Notes: generated by a model not told the origin, from the sequence alone. Positions 1-9,044 are shown, counted from the first letter of the stretch. The stretch is DNA of 64,000 nt from Acutalibacteraceae bacterium (GCA_045544455.1 JAZPYZ010000022.1:8819-72818); one strand, 5' to 3'. A program made the numbers and translations.

Positions 1-1
1 T

Positions 2-823
2 CATGCCGTATTCCTGCAACCAGTAGCATTGCCAGTCGAGCACCGTGGGATCATCGCCGCGATACCAACCGAGCAACGGATGCAGGTCCGGATCGTATTG
101 ATCGGTGGTCGATTGGGTGCCGCATTCCGGGCAAGCGGGCGGTTCATACGGGTTTTCGACGATCGGCAGTTTGGCGCCGCATACGTCGCCGTTCGTTTTC
201 TTCGCTTGACAGGTGGTTCCGATATCGTGGTGGTTCCAACGCCAGTCGTACCACCCTTTCCAACCAAACTTGCCGGTCAAGGAGCACGATCTGCCGAAAT
301 CGTTGTACCAATACGGCAGAAAATCCACTTTGGTTTCGTAGTCGGCATCCGACAAGGGCGGCGACACCAAGTTGCCGTTGACCTGAAATCCCGATTCGGT
401 ACATTGGCGTTCCAGATGATTGTGCATCAATCCGATCAAGTTGCCGGCATCGTCAAAATTGATGATGTTGGTATTGGATACCTCGTTGCGGATGAGCACG
501 CCATCCATCGATTCAAACTCTACCCCACTGCTCAAATCCAGCGTGGTGCCGTTAAACAAATAGGTGCCGTTGGGATAATAGATCGGGAGCCCTAACTCGG
601 CGCCTTTTTTATGCATCTCCACCATCTGCAAGGTCAGATCGGTTTTGCCGGTGTTGTCCAAACCGTAATCCACCGCGTTGATCTGGTTTTCTCCGATAAT
701 CGGGCCGGCGTTGCCTTTATCTTTGCCGTTATCGGAATCGGCCTTTCCGCCGCACGCGGTCAATGCCAACACCAGCACGCCGCACAAGCACAACGTCAGC
801 CATCGTTTTATGGTCGATTTCAT
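2..823 (-). CDS. Secreted lipoprotein, 5' portion only (gene runs off the window start); tandem paralog of 867..2426
   Basis: Hand translation of the minus frame. ATG is the revcomp of cat at 821-823, then MKSTIKRWLTLCLCGVLVLALTACGGKADSDNGKD... (lipobox LTAC). No in-frame stop down to nt 2. Aligns along its length with the neighbouring 522-aa ORF (NAVDYGLDNTG, PIYYPNGTYLFNG, WYDWRWNHHD, HPLLGWYRGD, CYWLQEYGM). Not present in the supplied ORF track. Confidence 0.8.
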   Translation of the reverse strand, partial: MKSTIKRWLTLCLCGVLVLALTACGGKADSDNGKDKGNAGPIIGENQINAVDYGLDNTGKTDLTLQMVEMHKKGAELGLPIYYPNGTYLFNGTTLDLSSGVEFESMDGVLIRNEVSNTNIINFDDAGNLIGLMHNHLERQCTESGFQVNGNLVSPPLSDADYETKVDFLPYWYNDFGRSCSLTGKFGWKGWYDWRWNHHDIGTTCQAKKTNGDVCGAKLPIVENPYEPPACPECGTQSTTDQYDPDLHPLLGWYRGDDPTVLDWQCYWLQEYGM

Positions 824-866
824 ACAGTTCCTCCAACTTAGGGTTTGCCGACACACCAGCGCGGCG

Positions 867-2426
867 TTACGAGATCACGAGATTATCGCGGATGGTTTCC
901 AGATAGCCGAAGCCGTCGCCGACCGTCGGTACCAAACCGGATCGGCCTTCCGCCCATTCCGATACGTTATAACACGTCACCATCTGCGGACGAGTCTTAT
1001 CGCCGACCGTCGCTTCGATCGCATCCGACAACCAGTTGCCGAACAGTTCCGGTGTGGAGCCGGGGCAAGTCCAGTTGGACGGGTGCGGCGTATGCGTATC
1101 CAACGCGGTCGATACCCCGTAGACACAACTGGTATCGGGGTTGGTCAGGAATTTGCCGCTGCGTTCTTCATACGTTGAACCGCTACCCACACAGTTGTTC
1201 GGGTAGCCTACGCTATACCACATCACGCCGGTGGCTGCCATCGTAGCACGAATCGCGGCGCCGCCTTCGTTTGCAAAACACGGGGTGCGCGCCAAAATGC
1301 AAACGCCGTCGTATCCGTTGTCTTTAAACGCTTGCACCACGTCGTTATACAGGTTGAGCAACGCGCCGTTTTCGTTACCGAGCGAATACCGGACCGAGTT
1401 TTCGTCCCACAAGAAGACGACCGGATACCGCTTGCCGTCTATTTCGTAGCAATAGACCATGTCTTGATAGGTTTCGTTGAAATAAAACTCATCAAACGCT
1501 TGCCACCATTCGGCGCGGATGGTCGCTTCGTCGGTCGAGAAAGAGGTCGACGCCAACCACAAAGAGAAATCCATGTTTTTGGCGTTGGGCGTTTTGTTCA
1601 ATAAACTATACAACCAGTGAGTACCGCAAAGCGGATCTTCCCAATTGTCCATGTTGAGTTTGTTCGCCATCAAGATGGTTTGTTTCATGCCGTATTCCTG
1701 CAACCAATAGCAGATCCAGTCGAGCGCTTCTTCGTGGTCACCGCGATAGAATCCAAGCAACGGATGCAAATTCGGATCATATGGATCGTACGGATTTTCT
1801 TCGGTACCGAGCGTTTCGCAATCGTGATGGTTCCAACGCCAATCGTACCAACCGTTCCACGTATCGGTCGAGGCAAAGTTGCGGCGCAGGCCGAAATCGT
1901 TGTACCAATACGGGATCAGATCCAGTTTCGTTTCGTATTCCGCGGTCGAGATCGGCGGCGATACCAGGTTGCCGTTCTCCACCCATTCGTCGGTTTTATC
2001 GTAGATCAATTCGAGATGGTTGTGCATCAACCCGATCAGGTTACCGGCATTATCGAAGTTGACGATCGGCGTATCCGAAATCGAGTTGCGGATGAGCACG
2101 CCGTCTTGCGATTCGAATTCCACACCACTGGTGAAATCGAGTTTGGTGCCGTTGAACAGATACGTGCCGTTGGGATAATAGATTGGCAAGTCCAGTTCGG
2201 CGCCTTTTTCATGCATTTCGATCATCTGTTCGGTCACGTCGGTCTCGCCGGTGTTATCCAAACCGTAATCCACTGCATTGATCCGTTTTTCCCCGATGAT
2301 TGGGCCGGCGTGGCCGTTATCTTTACCGTTATCGGAATCGGCCTTTTCGCCGCACGCGGTCATCGTAAACAACATCGCGATCCCGAGCAACAACGCCAAC
2401 CAACGTTTGGTTGTCATCGATTTCAT
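867..2426 (-). CDS. Secreted lipoprotein, putative glycan-active enzyme (pectate-lyase-fold-like N-terminal domain + WbsX/GH99-like C-terminal domain)
   Basis: ORF 867..2435 starts on GTG. I prefer the ATG at 2426 (MKSMTTKRWLALLLGIAMLFTMTACGEK, lipobox), which is preceded by GAGGTG. INAVDYGLDNTGETDVT...PIYYPNGTYLF resembles the start of pectate-lyase-superfamily beta-helices. ...CYNVSEWAEGRSGLVP..GFGYLETI resembles the NEWaEG end of WbsX-type domains. Family assignment is from memory. Confidence 0.8.
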   Translation of the reverse strand: MKSMTTKRWLALLLGIAMLFTMTACGEKADSDNGKDNGHAGPIIGEKRINAVDYGLDNTGETDVTEQMIEMHEKGAELDLPIYYPNGTYLFNGTKLDFTSGVEFESQDGVLIRNSISDTPIVNFDNAGNLIGLMHNHLELIYDKTDEWVENGNLVSPPISTAEYETKLDLIPYWYNDFGLRRNFASTDTWNGWYDWRWNHHDCETLGTEENPYDPYDPNLHPLLGFYRGDHEEALDWICYWLQEYGMKQTILMANKLNMDNWEDPLCGTHWLYSLLNKTPNAKNMDFSLWLASTSFSTDEATIRAEWWQAFDEFYFNETYQDMVYCYEIDGKRYPVVFLWDENSVRYSLGNENGALLNLYNDVVQAFKDNGYDGVCILARTPCFANEGGAAIRATMAATGVMWYSVGYPNNCVGSGSTYEERSGKFLTNPDTSCVYGVSTALDTHTPHPSNWTCPGSTPELFGNWLSDAIEATVGDKTRPQMVTCYNVSEWAEGRSGLVPTVGDGFGYLETIRDNLVIS

Positions 2427-2427
2427 A

Positions 2428-3339
2428 TCAAGCACCTCGTTTCGGTTTCTTATCTCTATGCGCCGTCCGTTTCGTGCTTTCGATATAGCGGGACGGCGAC
2501 ACGCCGTAGTGGTTGGAAAAGGCTCGGCTGAACGAGTGGATCGCCTGATACCCCAGTTGATCGGAGATCTGGGTGATACTCATATCCGACTGTAACATCT
2601 CCACCGCACGTTCAAACAACAGTTGTTGATAGTATTCTTTGATCGATTGCCCCATGCGACGGGTAAACACGTGAGACAGGTACGGATAACTGTAACCGAG
2701 CATATTGCTCAGTTCTGACAGGTTTTTCAGGGTGCCGCAGTTGGCTTCCAGCAAACCGATGATGCGCTCAACAATGTTGCTTTCGCCGCCTTCATCGGAT
2801 TGTCGGAATTTTTCAGATGACAGCGCGAAGTTGCGGCAGATCAACAACAACATCTGCTCGACGTTGAGAGCGAGCATCCGGTCGGAAAACTCATCGGTGC
2901 TAAGCAGTTCTCGCACCACGCGTCCGTACAGGTTTTGGATCTCGACCGAACCGGTGGTTTGACGGACCGGTCCTTCGACAAACAGTTCCCGGAACAGGTC
3001 AGATAACCCGTCAACCGGATGTTTGCCGGAAAATCCAAACGAAATATAAAAGCAACGCACCGGCTCTTCTGCATCGCCTACGATGCTAAACGCCTCGTTC
3101 GGGCGAACCAAAAACACTTGGTTGCCGCGAAACGCGTACTCGGCCGACCGCACGGTCATCGTGCCTTTACCGGTGATAACGCCGATAATTTTTTGACCGC
3201 CTTGTTCCGGTTCGTCGATTTTACATTCCGTGTTCAGGATAATTTCCCCGATACGATGGATGAGAAATCCGCCGCACACTTTGGGTTCGGTCGGCGATAC
3301 GTATTCGCGGAGCACCTTGCCTTGGTTTTGCGACGACAT
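2428..3339 (-). CDS. AraC/XylS-family transcriptional regulator
   Basis: ORF 2428..3441. Start moved to ATG 3339 (MSSQNQGK), behind AAAGGGGTGA. C-terminal double HTH: LSELSNMLGYSYPYLSHVFTRRMGQSIKEYYQQLLFERAVEMLQSDMSITQISDQLGYQAIHSFSRAFSNHYGVSPSRY. Stop lies 1 nt from the next gene's ATG. Confidence 0.9.
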   Translation of the reverse strand: MSSQNQGKVLREYVSPTEPKVCGGFLIHRIGEIILNTECKIDEPEQGGQKIIGVITGKGTMTVRSAEYAFRGNQVFLVRPNEAFSIVGDAEEPVRCFYISFGFSGKHPVDGLSDLFRELFVEGPVRQTTGSVEIQNLYGRVVRELLSTDEFSDRMLALNVEQMLLLICRNFALSSEKFRQSDEGGESNIVERIIGLLEANCGTLKNLSELSNMLGYSYPYLSHVFTRRMGQSIKEYYQQLLFERAVEMLQSDMSITQISDQLGYQAIHSFSRAFSNHYGVSPSRYIESTKRTAHRDKKPKRGA

Positions 3340-3372
3340 TTCGTCACCCCTTTCGTTTCGGTCGTACATACA

Positions 3373-3458
3373 GTTCGTGCCCGCACCCCGCGGACAGGCC
3401 GTTATATTCTGCGGTAAAGCCGCGATATAAGCCCACCGCAAAGGGTGCGGGCACGAAC
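3373..3458 (-). promoter_or_regulatory. Long-range perfect inverted repeat (16 bp arms, 54-nt spacer) between the surface-protein gene and araC
   Basis: gttcgtgcccgcaccc (3373-3388) is the exact reverse complement of 3443-3458. The spacer contains a nested imperfect hairpin (ttatat-cgcgg...ccgc-aatataa on the minus strand). No U-run follows. Confidence 0.5.
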
Positions 3459-3500
3459 GTCATTTGTTACAACAAGCGATCGGTATCGCTTGACAGACTA

Positions 3501-6500
3501 TTAGTCTTCGCGTTTTTTCTTGGTGACTACGATCACCGGAATCGCGAGAGCTGCGGTCAACGCCAACGCGCCGAGTGCACCGGAAGCGTTACCGGTATTC
3601 GAGTTCGGCGTATTGCCGTTCGAACCGGCCGTCGCTTTGGTGGTGCTACCGGCCGCCGTGGTGCTACCGTCCTTCGCGGTGGTGGTAGCCGCCGCTTTGG
3701 TGGTGGTAGCCGTGGTCGCTTGCGTTGCCGGAACCAACGTCTTATCGTTACGGATCGCTACGTCTTTCAACGTCAGACGATCGCCGTACGCTCTGGTCAG
3801 CGTTTGGATCGAGATGTCATCCGAAACGAGCACCTTCGAGATGGTACCGACATATTCGCCCGCATAGTAGATATCCACGTCGCGGAAGTTGGCGTCGGTC
3901 GCATTCGGATACACGTGCGCTACGACATTCACCGATTCGTTGGTCAACCAATCGAACACGGATTTGCCGCCGACCTTTTCGCTGGCTTTCACTTGTTGAT
4001 CGTCGTTGAAATAGATGCCGCCTTGTTTGGAAACCTTCACAACCGCATCGGCACCGAGCGTCAGTTTAAAGCCGTTTTCCAGATGAGCGCCGCCCATCTT
4101 GACGTTGAACGATACGGTGTATTCGTTCGCCAACGCACCGGTCATCACGTCGAAGTTGACCGCCGGCATACCGTTTTTCAGGCTGATGTCGATCGACGCG
4201 GTGTTTTTGTCAAAGGTCGCGCCGCTCACGGGACCGCTGGTCGAAACCACGGTGTTGTCGGCCGTTGCGAGGTTGACACCCGAAGCCGCTGGCGTGGTGG
4301 TCGGGTTGGTCGCTTGGCTGTTCGACGAGGTGGTCGACTGGCTGCCCGACGAGGCGGTCGACTGGCTGCCCGACGAGGAAGACGAACCAGACGGCACCAA
4401 CGACGGATCGTTGCGGATTTGGATGTTCTTGAGTTCTAACACGTCGCCCCAAGCGCTATTCTTGATGGTTTGGAACAAAACCGTGTCCGAAACGGTAACG
4501 CCGGTCATCGTGCCAATCAACTGGTTGTTGTAGTAGATGGCAACCTTGCTCTTGCCCGGGTTAGCGTTATCCGGTTGCACGTGCGCCACGATGTCGACCG
4601 TGTCGGTCGACATCGCTTTGTAGATGGCGACGTTCCTGGCTTGTTCCTCGCCGTTGAAGGTGAGGACACCGACGTCGCCTGCCGTTTTTTGGACTTGGAA
4701 CACCGCATCGGTACCCAGCGTCAGTTTCAAGCCGTTATCATAGAAACCGCCGTTCATTTTGGCGTTGAACGCCACAACGTATTCGTTTGCCAGCGCGCCG
4801 TCGGCAACTTCAAACTGAATGCCGACTGTTTTATCCTGATGCGCAAACGAAATATTGCTGGTGGTTTTATCAAAGACCGCCGTGGCCGCTTTATCGGTGA
4901 TCGACACGTTGGTGCTGTCGTCCACCGCGAGGTTGACGTTGGCCGCCGCCTGCACAGGGGTTTCGCCTACTTTGTAAACCACCAGGTTGGAAACCGTCCA
5001 GGTGTTGGTGCCGCCGCGCGAACCGACCAACGCGAGTTGCGGTTCGATCACCGGTTGTGCCGGCGAGGTGTACACCTTGGCGCCGTTGACGAACACGTAG
5101 TAGGTGCGCGTCGGGGAAGCGCCGGTGGTATCGACGTCGACCACGATGTCAAATTTCACCGAACCGGTCAAGGTTTGGCTAAACGAGGAAACCGCCGTGC
5201 CGTCGTTGTCGGTGAATTTATGGTTGTTCGTACCGGCAAAGATGAAGGACTGCTTGTTATCCACTTCACCGGCCTCGGTGATCATGCCGATCTGCAAGCC
5301 CCAGGTCGAACTAATCCAGTTGGCAAACGAACCGGCGTTAAAGCTGATGATGTAATCGTCGTACATCGTCAGCCCGGTGAGATCAAATTCCGCACGGGAG
5401 TATCCGTTACCGGTACCGCCCAGCGTGATAGTGCCGCCCGCTTCGTCTTTTACCGGAGCCGGCGCCGTGTTGTTTTGATACCCTTCCATCGCGCTAAGCG
5501 GCGCGTAGTTGGTTCCACCAAACACTTTACCCGGCACCGCATCGGTGTTGGTCATCGCGCCGTTATTCGGGATCTGAATCGGCGCGGTGGATTGGGTGGA
5601 TTGGGTGCTCGACGACTCCGTCGACTGCGTGGTGGTCGTCGTGGTCGTCGTGGAGGTAGTCGTAGCACCCGGAACCAACGAAGCGTTGTTCGCAATTGTG
5701 ATGTCGGTCAAGGTCAGTTTGTCGTTCCAGGATTGAACAATCGTTTGGAACGAAATGGTGTCGGAAACGGTAACACCTTCCATCGTGCCGATCAGCGTAT
5801 CGGCATAATAGATGTCGATGTCTTTCTTAGCCGAGTCGGTGGCGTTGGGTTGCACGTGTGCCACTACGTCAACCGAATTCGTAACCATCCAGTTGCGAAC
5901 ATCGGTGGAATCGATGGTGTCGGTGTATGCTTTTTTCTTGGTGTCGGTGGTTCCGTCGCTGAAATAGATACCGCCCAATTCATCGCCGCTTGCGGCATAG
6001 TTTTGTTTGTGCAATTTCAGGATTGCATCCGGGCCAAGCGTCAGTTTCAAGCCGTTGGTTTCCCAACCGCCATTCATCTTGACGTTGAAGGATACGACGT
6101 ATTCGTCCGCCAACGCACCGGCCGGAACTGCAAACGAGATGCTCGGCGTACCGGAGGTCAACGGAATCTCAATCGACGCGGTCGTTTTATCAAACACACC
6201 GCCATTAAGCGTGCCGGAAGTCGACACAACGGTGTTATCGTCCACCGCGAGGTTGACGTTGGAGGCCGCCGGACCGTTCGAACCGGTGGTCGTCGTAGTG
6301 GTGGTCGTCGTAGTGGTGGTCGAACTCGACTCGCTCGCCGGGGCCGCTACTTCATACACCACGATGTTGGACACTTTCGGCGCATACCCACTGTGGTGAC
6401 CACTTTGGTCAAAGCGCAACATGGTGGGTTGCGGTTGGCCGGCACACGAACCTTTCAACGTGCCGTCCACGAAGAAGTAGTAGGTGTACGTACCGTCGGT

Positions 6501-7001
6501 TTGTGCATCGGCATACACAGCATACGTCTTCGCACCCTGCCGAGAGACGAGGGCGTTCAGCGCCTGCGGCGCGTTACTCGAATCGTAGTACGTGACACCG
6601 GTGTCGTTATTGAGCAACTTCAAATAGTTCGCACTCGTCACGCCGGTGAACGAGACACGCACACCCCAGCCGTTACTATAGGTCAAGCCGGTGTGGGTGA
6701 ATTGCATCACCATGTCTTTGCCGGCAAGGGACGCGAGATCCACTTCCGCATAGGAGTAACCGTTGCTCGAACCGGTCAAGGTAACGGTATCGGTGCCGGC
6801 TTCGTAGGTGGCAACCGGTGCGCTGGCGCCCAATTCTGCCGCTTTGGAATGACCGAGCACGATGGTGCTTTCGGTCGCGAGGTCAGCACTGCTGCCTTGC
6901 GCCGGGACCGAAGTAACTTCAGCCGTGCCGCCGAGTGACAGGCCGACGCACATACCGGCGACCAGGCACACGCTCAGCACAATGGCTAAGATTTTCTTCA
7001 T
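3501..7001 (-). CDS. Large modular cell-surface protein (signal peptide, 2 A-type + 3 B-type beta-sandwich-like modules, Thr/Ser linkers, C-terminal hydrophobic anchor + KKKRED tail)
   Basis: 1166-aa ORF. Signal peptide MKKILAIVLSVCLVAGMCVGLSLGG. Internal repeats are visible in the translation. B-type modules begin NVNLAVDDxT.V and end L.L.DI.I.N..SLVP (3 copies). A-type modules contain GYS.AE.DL and end VSN.VVY.V (2 copies). Poly-T / S-rich linkers. C-terminus is PNSNTGNASGALGALALTAALAIPVIVVTKKKRED. Confidence 0.9.
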   Translation of the reverse strand: MKKILAIVLSVCLVAGMCVGLSLGGTAEVTSVPAQGSSADLATESTIVLGHSKAAELGASAPVATYEAGTDTVTLTGSSNGYSYAEVDLASLAGKDMVMQFTHTGLTYSNGWGVRVSFTGVTSANYLKLLNNDTGVTYYDSSNAPQALNALVSRQGAKTYAVYADAQTDGTYTYYFFVDGTLKGSCAGQPQPTMLRFDQSGHHSGYAPKVSNIVVYEVAAPASESSSTTTTTTTTTTTTGSNGPAASNVNLAVDDNTVVSTSGTLNGGVFDKTTASIEIPLTSGTPSISFAVPAGALADEYVVSFNVKMNGGWETNGLKLTLGPDAILKLHKQNYAASGDELGGIYFSDGTTDTKKKAYTDTIDSTDVRNWMVTNSVDVVAHVQPNATDSAKKDIDIYYADTLIGTMEGVTVSDTISFQTIVQSWNDKLTLTDITIANNASLVPGATTTSTTTTTTTTQSTESSSTQSTQSTAPIQIPNNGAMTNTDAVPGKVFGGTNYAPLSAMEGYQNNTAPAPVKDEAGGTITLGGTGNGYSRAEFDLTGLTMYDDYIISFNAGSFANWISSTWGLQIGMITEAGEVDNKQSFIFAGTNNHKFTDNDGTAVSSFSQTLTGSVKFDIVVDVDTTGASPTRTYYVFVNGAKVYTSPAQPVIEPQLALVGSRGGTNTWTVSNLVVYKVGETPVQAAANVNLAVDDSTNVSITDKAATAVFDKTTSNISFAHQDKTVGIQFEVADGALANEYVVAFNAKMNGGFYDNGLKLTLGTDAVFQVQKTAGDVGVLTFNGEEQARNVAIYKAMSTDTVDIVAHVQPDNANPGKSKVAIYYNNQLIGTMTGVTVSDTVLFQTIKNSAWGDVLELKNIQIRNDPSLVPSGSSSSSGSQSTASSGSQSTTSSNSQATNPTTTPAASGVNLATADNTVVSTSGPVSGATFDKNTASIDISLKNGMPAVNFDVMTGALANEYTVSFNVKMGGAHLENGFKLTLGADAVVKVSKQGGIYFNDDQQVKASEKVGGKSVFDWLTNESVNVVAHVYPNATDANFRDVDIYYAGEYVGTISKVLVSDDISIQTLTRAYGDRLTLKDVAIRNDKTLVPATQATTATTTKAAATTTAKDGSTTAAGSTTKATAGSNGNTPNSNTGNASGALGALALTAALAIPVIVVTKKKRED
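4308..4379 (-). repeat. 3 x 24-nt in-frame tandem repeat inside the surface-protein gene (encodes SSGSQST-type linker)
   Basis: ggtcgactggctgcccgacgagg occurs at 4332-4354 and at 4356-4378. A degenerate copy lies at 4308-4331. The protein reads ...SSGSQSTASSGSQSTTSSNSQ... Confidence 0.85.
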
Positions 7002-7138
7002 ACAGTTCCCTTCTTTCTCAAGAGTTTTGTCTCGCGCAACGCCTTGCGCGTAACTTTTTATATATATTAGAGCCCGTTATGTAAAAAACATAACGGAAAA
7101 AAGCCCTAAAATAGCGTCTATTTTTAGAGACAACACAT

Positions 7139-7176
7139 CGTAGGGGCGCAAACGCATCGGCGATGCGCCCCTACGA
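7139..7176 (-). terminator. Stem-loop after the 628-aa SBP gene (weak terminator / processing site)
   Basis: tcgtaggggcgca ... tgcgcccctacga, a 13-bp stem. Only a weak U-run follows on the minus strand. Confidence 0.4.
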
Positions 7177-7208
7177 GATGATTCAGTTATACAAGGTGAT
7201 CAGAGAGA

Positions 7209-9044
7209 TTATTCTTCCGAGTTGTATGCTTCGAGGTTGTCGAGCCAGAAGGTGTGTTGGCCTTTGCCATCCACGTACAGGCCGATGTTTTGGATCTTCG
7301 CGAGTTCCCATTCTTCCGAAGCGGAGGTTTCGCTGGCGGTAAAGTCAGCGAACGGAATCGACACGAGTTTACCTTCGCTACCGGTGATTTCGTGTTCATA
7401 GTAGAACGAAGCACCGTTGACGCAGTTAACCGTGATCTTCAGGGTTTGTTCGCTACCGTCACCTTTCACCCAGAAACGCAAGCCGTTGTTGTTTTCCCAG
7501 GTCTTGCCGTAGGTCAGTTTCACACCGCCCCAGCCAACGTCGGAGACGTCATAGGTGTATTTCACCGCGTATCCGCTACCGCCTTGGGCATTGTCCTTAT
7601 CCAGCGTGAGCTTGATGTTGGTGCCGGCGGATTGTTCGACCACGTATTGAGCAATGTGGGTTTCGGCGTCGATTTCATAGTTGTCGAAGTTGTCGACCGT
7701 CTTCGGCGAGATCGGCAGATCTTCTTCCAACGGTTTGAACAAGCTGTCGATGGTCGCTTGGTTCGAAGCACTCGCTTTTTCGAGTTCTACTTCCCAAGTC
7801 GAGCTCTTTTGAATCACGTGCCAGGACGCGCCGCCCAACCACGGGCAGAGTTCGAGGACGAGTTTGACTTTTTCCGGATCGTAGTTGTTCTTCATTTGTT
7901 CCATGTTCAGTTCGGAGAAGCCGTTGCCTTCTGCCGTGTCGAACAAGCTTTGGAGATGACCTTGTTCTTGAGCATCGAGAATATAGGCGTTCCACAGAGC
8001 GATCGCACCGCCCGGGTTTTTCGCGCCTTTTACCAGCCAGAACGAGAGAACTTCACCACGAGCATAGTAGCCGTCGGTTTGCGCGTCACGAGCCATCGGT
8101 ACGATACCGAGGTTGCCTTCTTGCGCAAGCGAGACAACAGCCGCGTTGGAGTAGAAGTTTTGAGCAAAGACCATCGCGATACGGCCGTCAGACAGCCAGT
8201 TGATGGTATCTTCCAACTGCGGAGGCGTGCATTGATACACGTTTACCCAGTCGGACAGATATTTCATCGAACGAGCGATCGCCGGATCGGAGGTGTTGTT
8301 GATAACCGCACCGGTTTCAGCGTCGAATTCACCCATCGGGATACCGACGGTGTACAACATACCGAACGCACGGCACATACCCAGACCGTAACGAGTCGGC
8401 ACGCCGTCGGCGCCCATTTCGGTCATTTCGATGGCATATTCTTGCAGTTTGTCAAGCGTCCATTCGTCTTTCAGGTAGAGTTCCCACGGGGTTTCGAGGC
8501 CCGCGTCACGGAACAGTTTTTCGTTGTAGAACATGGTTTGCGACTGTTGCAAGGTGTACGGCATCATATAGTTGCCGCCTTGGTAGGTGGTCGCATCCAA
8601 CAGGTCGCGGATCGGATCGTAGAATTTGTGGCTCAGATCCACGTATTGGTTAACGTCGTCAACCAGGTTGTTTACGATGTAGCGCGGGAAATCCGCCGAG
8701 TCAGGACGGTACGAACCGACATCCGGTGCGTCACCCGACAAAACTAACGTCGCAAATTTGGTGGTGTATTCGTTGTAGTGAACCGCCGTAACGTCCACTT
8801 CCAGTTCATACACATCTTTCAGCATGTTTCTGTACCGTTCGGTCAAATCACCGGTCAGGCACATGGTAACCTTGTTGCTTTTAACCGTAACAGCCGGCAT
8901 ACCCAGTTCGTTGTCTGCACCGACTTCGTAGCCTTCGTCGCTATCGCCTTTGTTGCCATCGCCTTTTTTACCGCAAGCGGTCAGGCTGAACAGGCAACCG
9001 AAAACGAGCAACAAAGCCAAAAGCAAGGATAATGCTCTTTTCAT
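7209..9044 (-). CDS. ABC transporter substrate-binding lipoprotein (family-1 SBP) with C-terminal CBM-like domain
   Basis: ORF 7209..9095. Start moved to ATG 9044 (MKRALSLLLALLLVFGCLFSLTACGKK, lipobox), behind GGAGGAGA. Central region is a typical sugar SBP. The last ~150 aa (GLRFWVKGDGSEQTLKITV...LVSIPFADF...WELAKIQNIGLYV) look like a CBM11-type carbohydrate-binding module. Confidence 0.85.
   Translation of the reverse strand: MKRALSLLLALLLVFGCLFSLTACGKKGDGNKGDSDEGYEVGADNELGMPAVTVKSNKVTMCLTGDLTERYRNMLKDVYELEVDVTAVHYNEYTTKFATLVLSGDAPDVGSYRPDSADFPRYIVNNLVDDVNQYVDLSHKFYDPIRDLLDATTYQGGNYMMPYTLQQSQTMFYNEKLFRDAGLETPWELYLKDEWTLDKLQEYAIEMTEMGADGVPTRYGLGMCRAFGMLYTVGIPMGEFDAETGAVINNTSDPAIARSMKYLSDWVNVYQCTPPQLEDTINWLSDGRIAMVFAQNFYSNAAVVSLAQEGNLGIVPMARDAQTDGYYARGEVLSFWLVKGAKNPGGAIALWNAYILDAQEQGHLQSLFDTAEGNGFSELNMEQMKNNYDPEKVKLVLELCPWLGGASWHVIQKSSTWEVELEKASASNQATIDSLFKPLEEDLPISPKTVDNFDNYEIDAETHIAQYVVEQSAGTNIKLTLDKDNAQGGSGYAVKYTYDVSDVGWGGVKLTYGKTWENNNGLRFWVKGDGSEQTLKITVNCVNGASFYYEHEITGSEGKLVSIPFADFTASETSASEEWELAKIQNIGLYVDGKGQHTFWLDNLEAYNSEE

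Noticed and set aside
4300-6340. CRISPR-like or satellite periodic repeats.
   Set aside because: The periodic units are 15-24 nt, lie inside a CDS, are in frame, and encode Thr/Ser linkers. There is no repeat-spacer organisation and there are no cas genes anywhere in the window.
4470-6938. 822-aa plus-strand ORF. Similar long plus-strand ORFs occur at 1617-2531, 7254-8747, 11992-13371, 13953-15440, 18615-19991, 22058-23527, 44071-45177 and 59861-60841.
   Set aside because: Each is antisense to a minus-strand gene (for 59861-60841, partly also out of frame within the plus-strand isomerase gene) that has clear family motifs, signal peptides and an RBS. The translations are Arg/Gly/His/Val-rich with no domain logic and no Shine-Dalgarno. 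These are shadow ORFs typical of GC-biased third positions.
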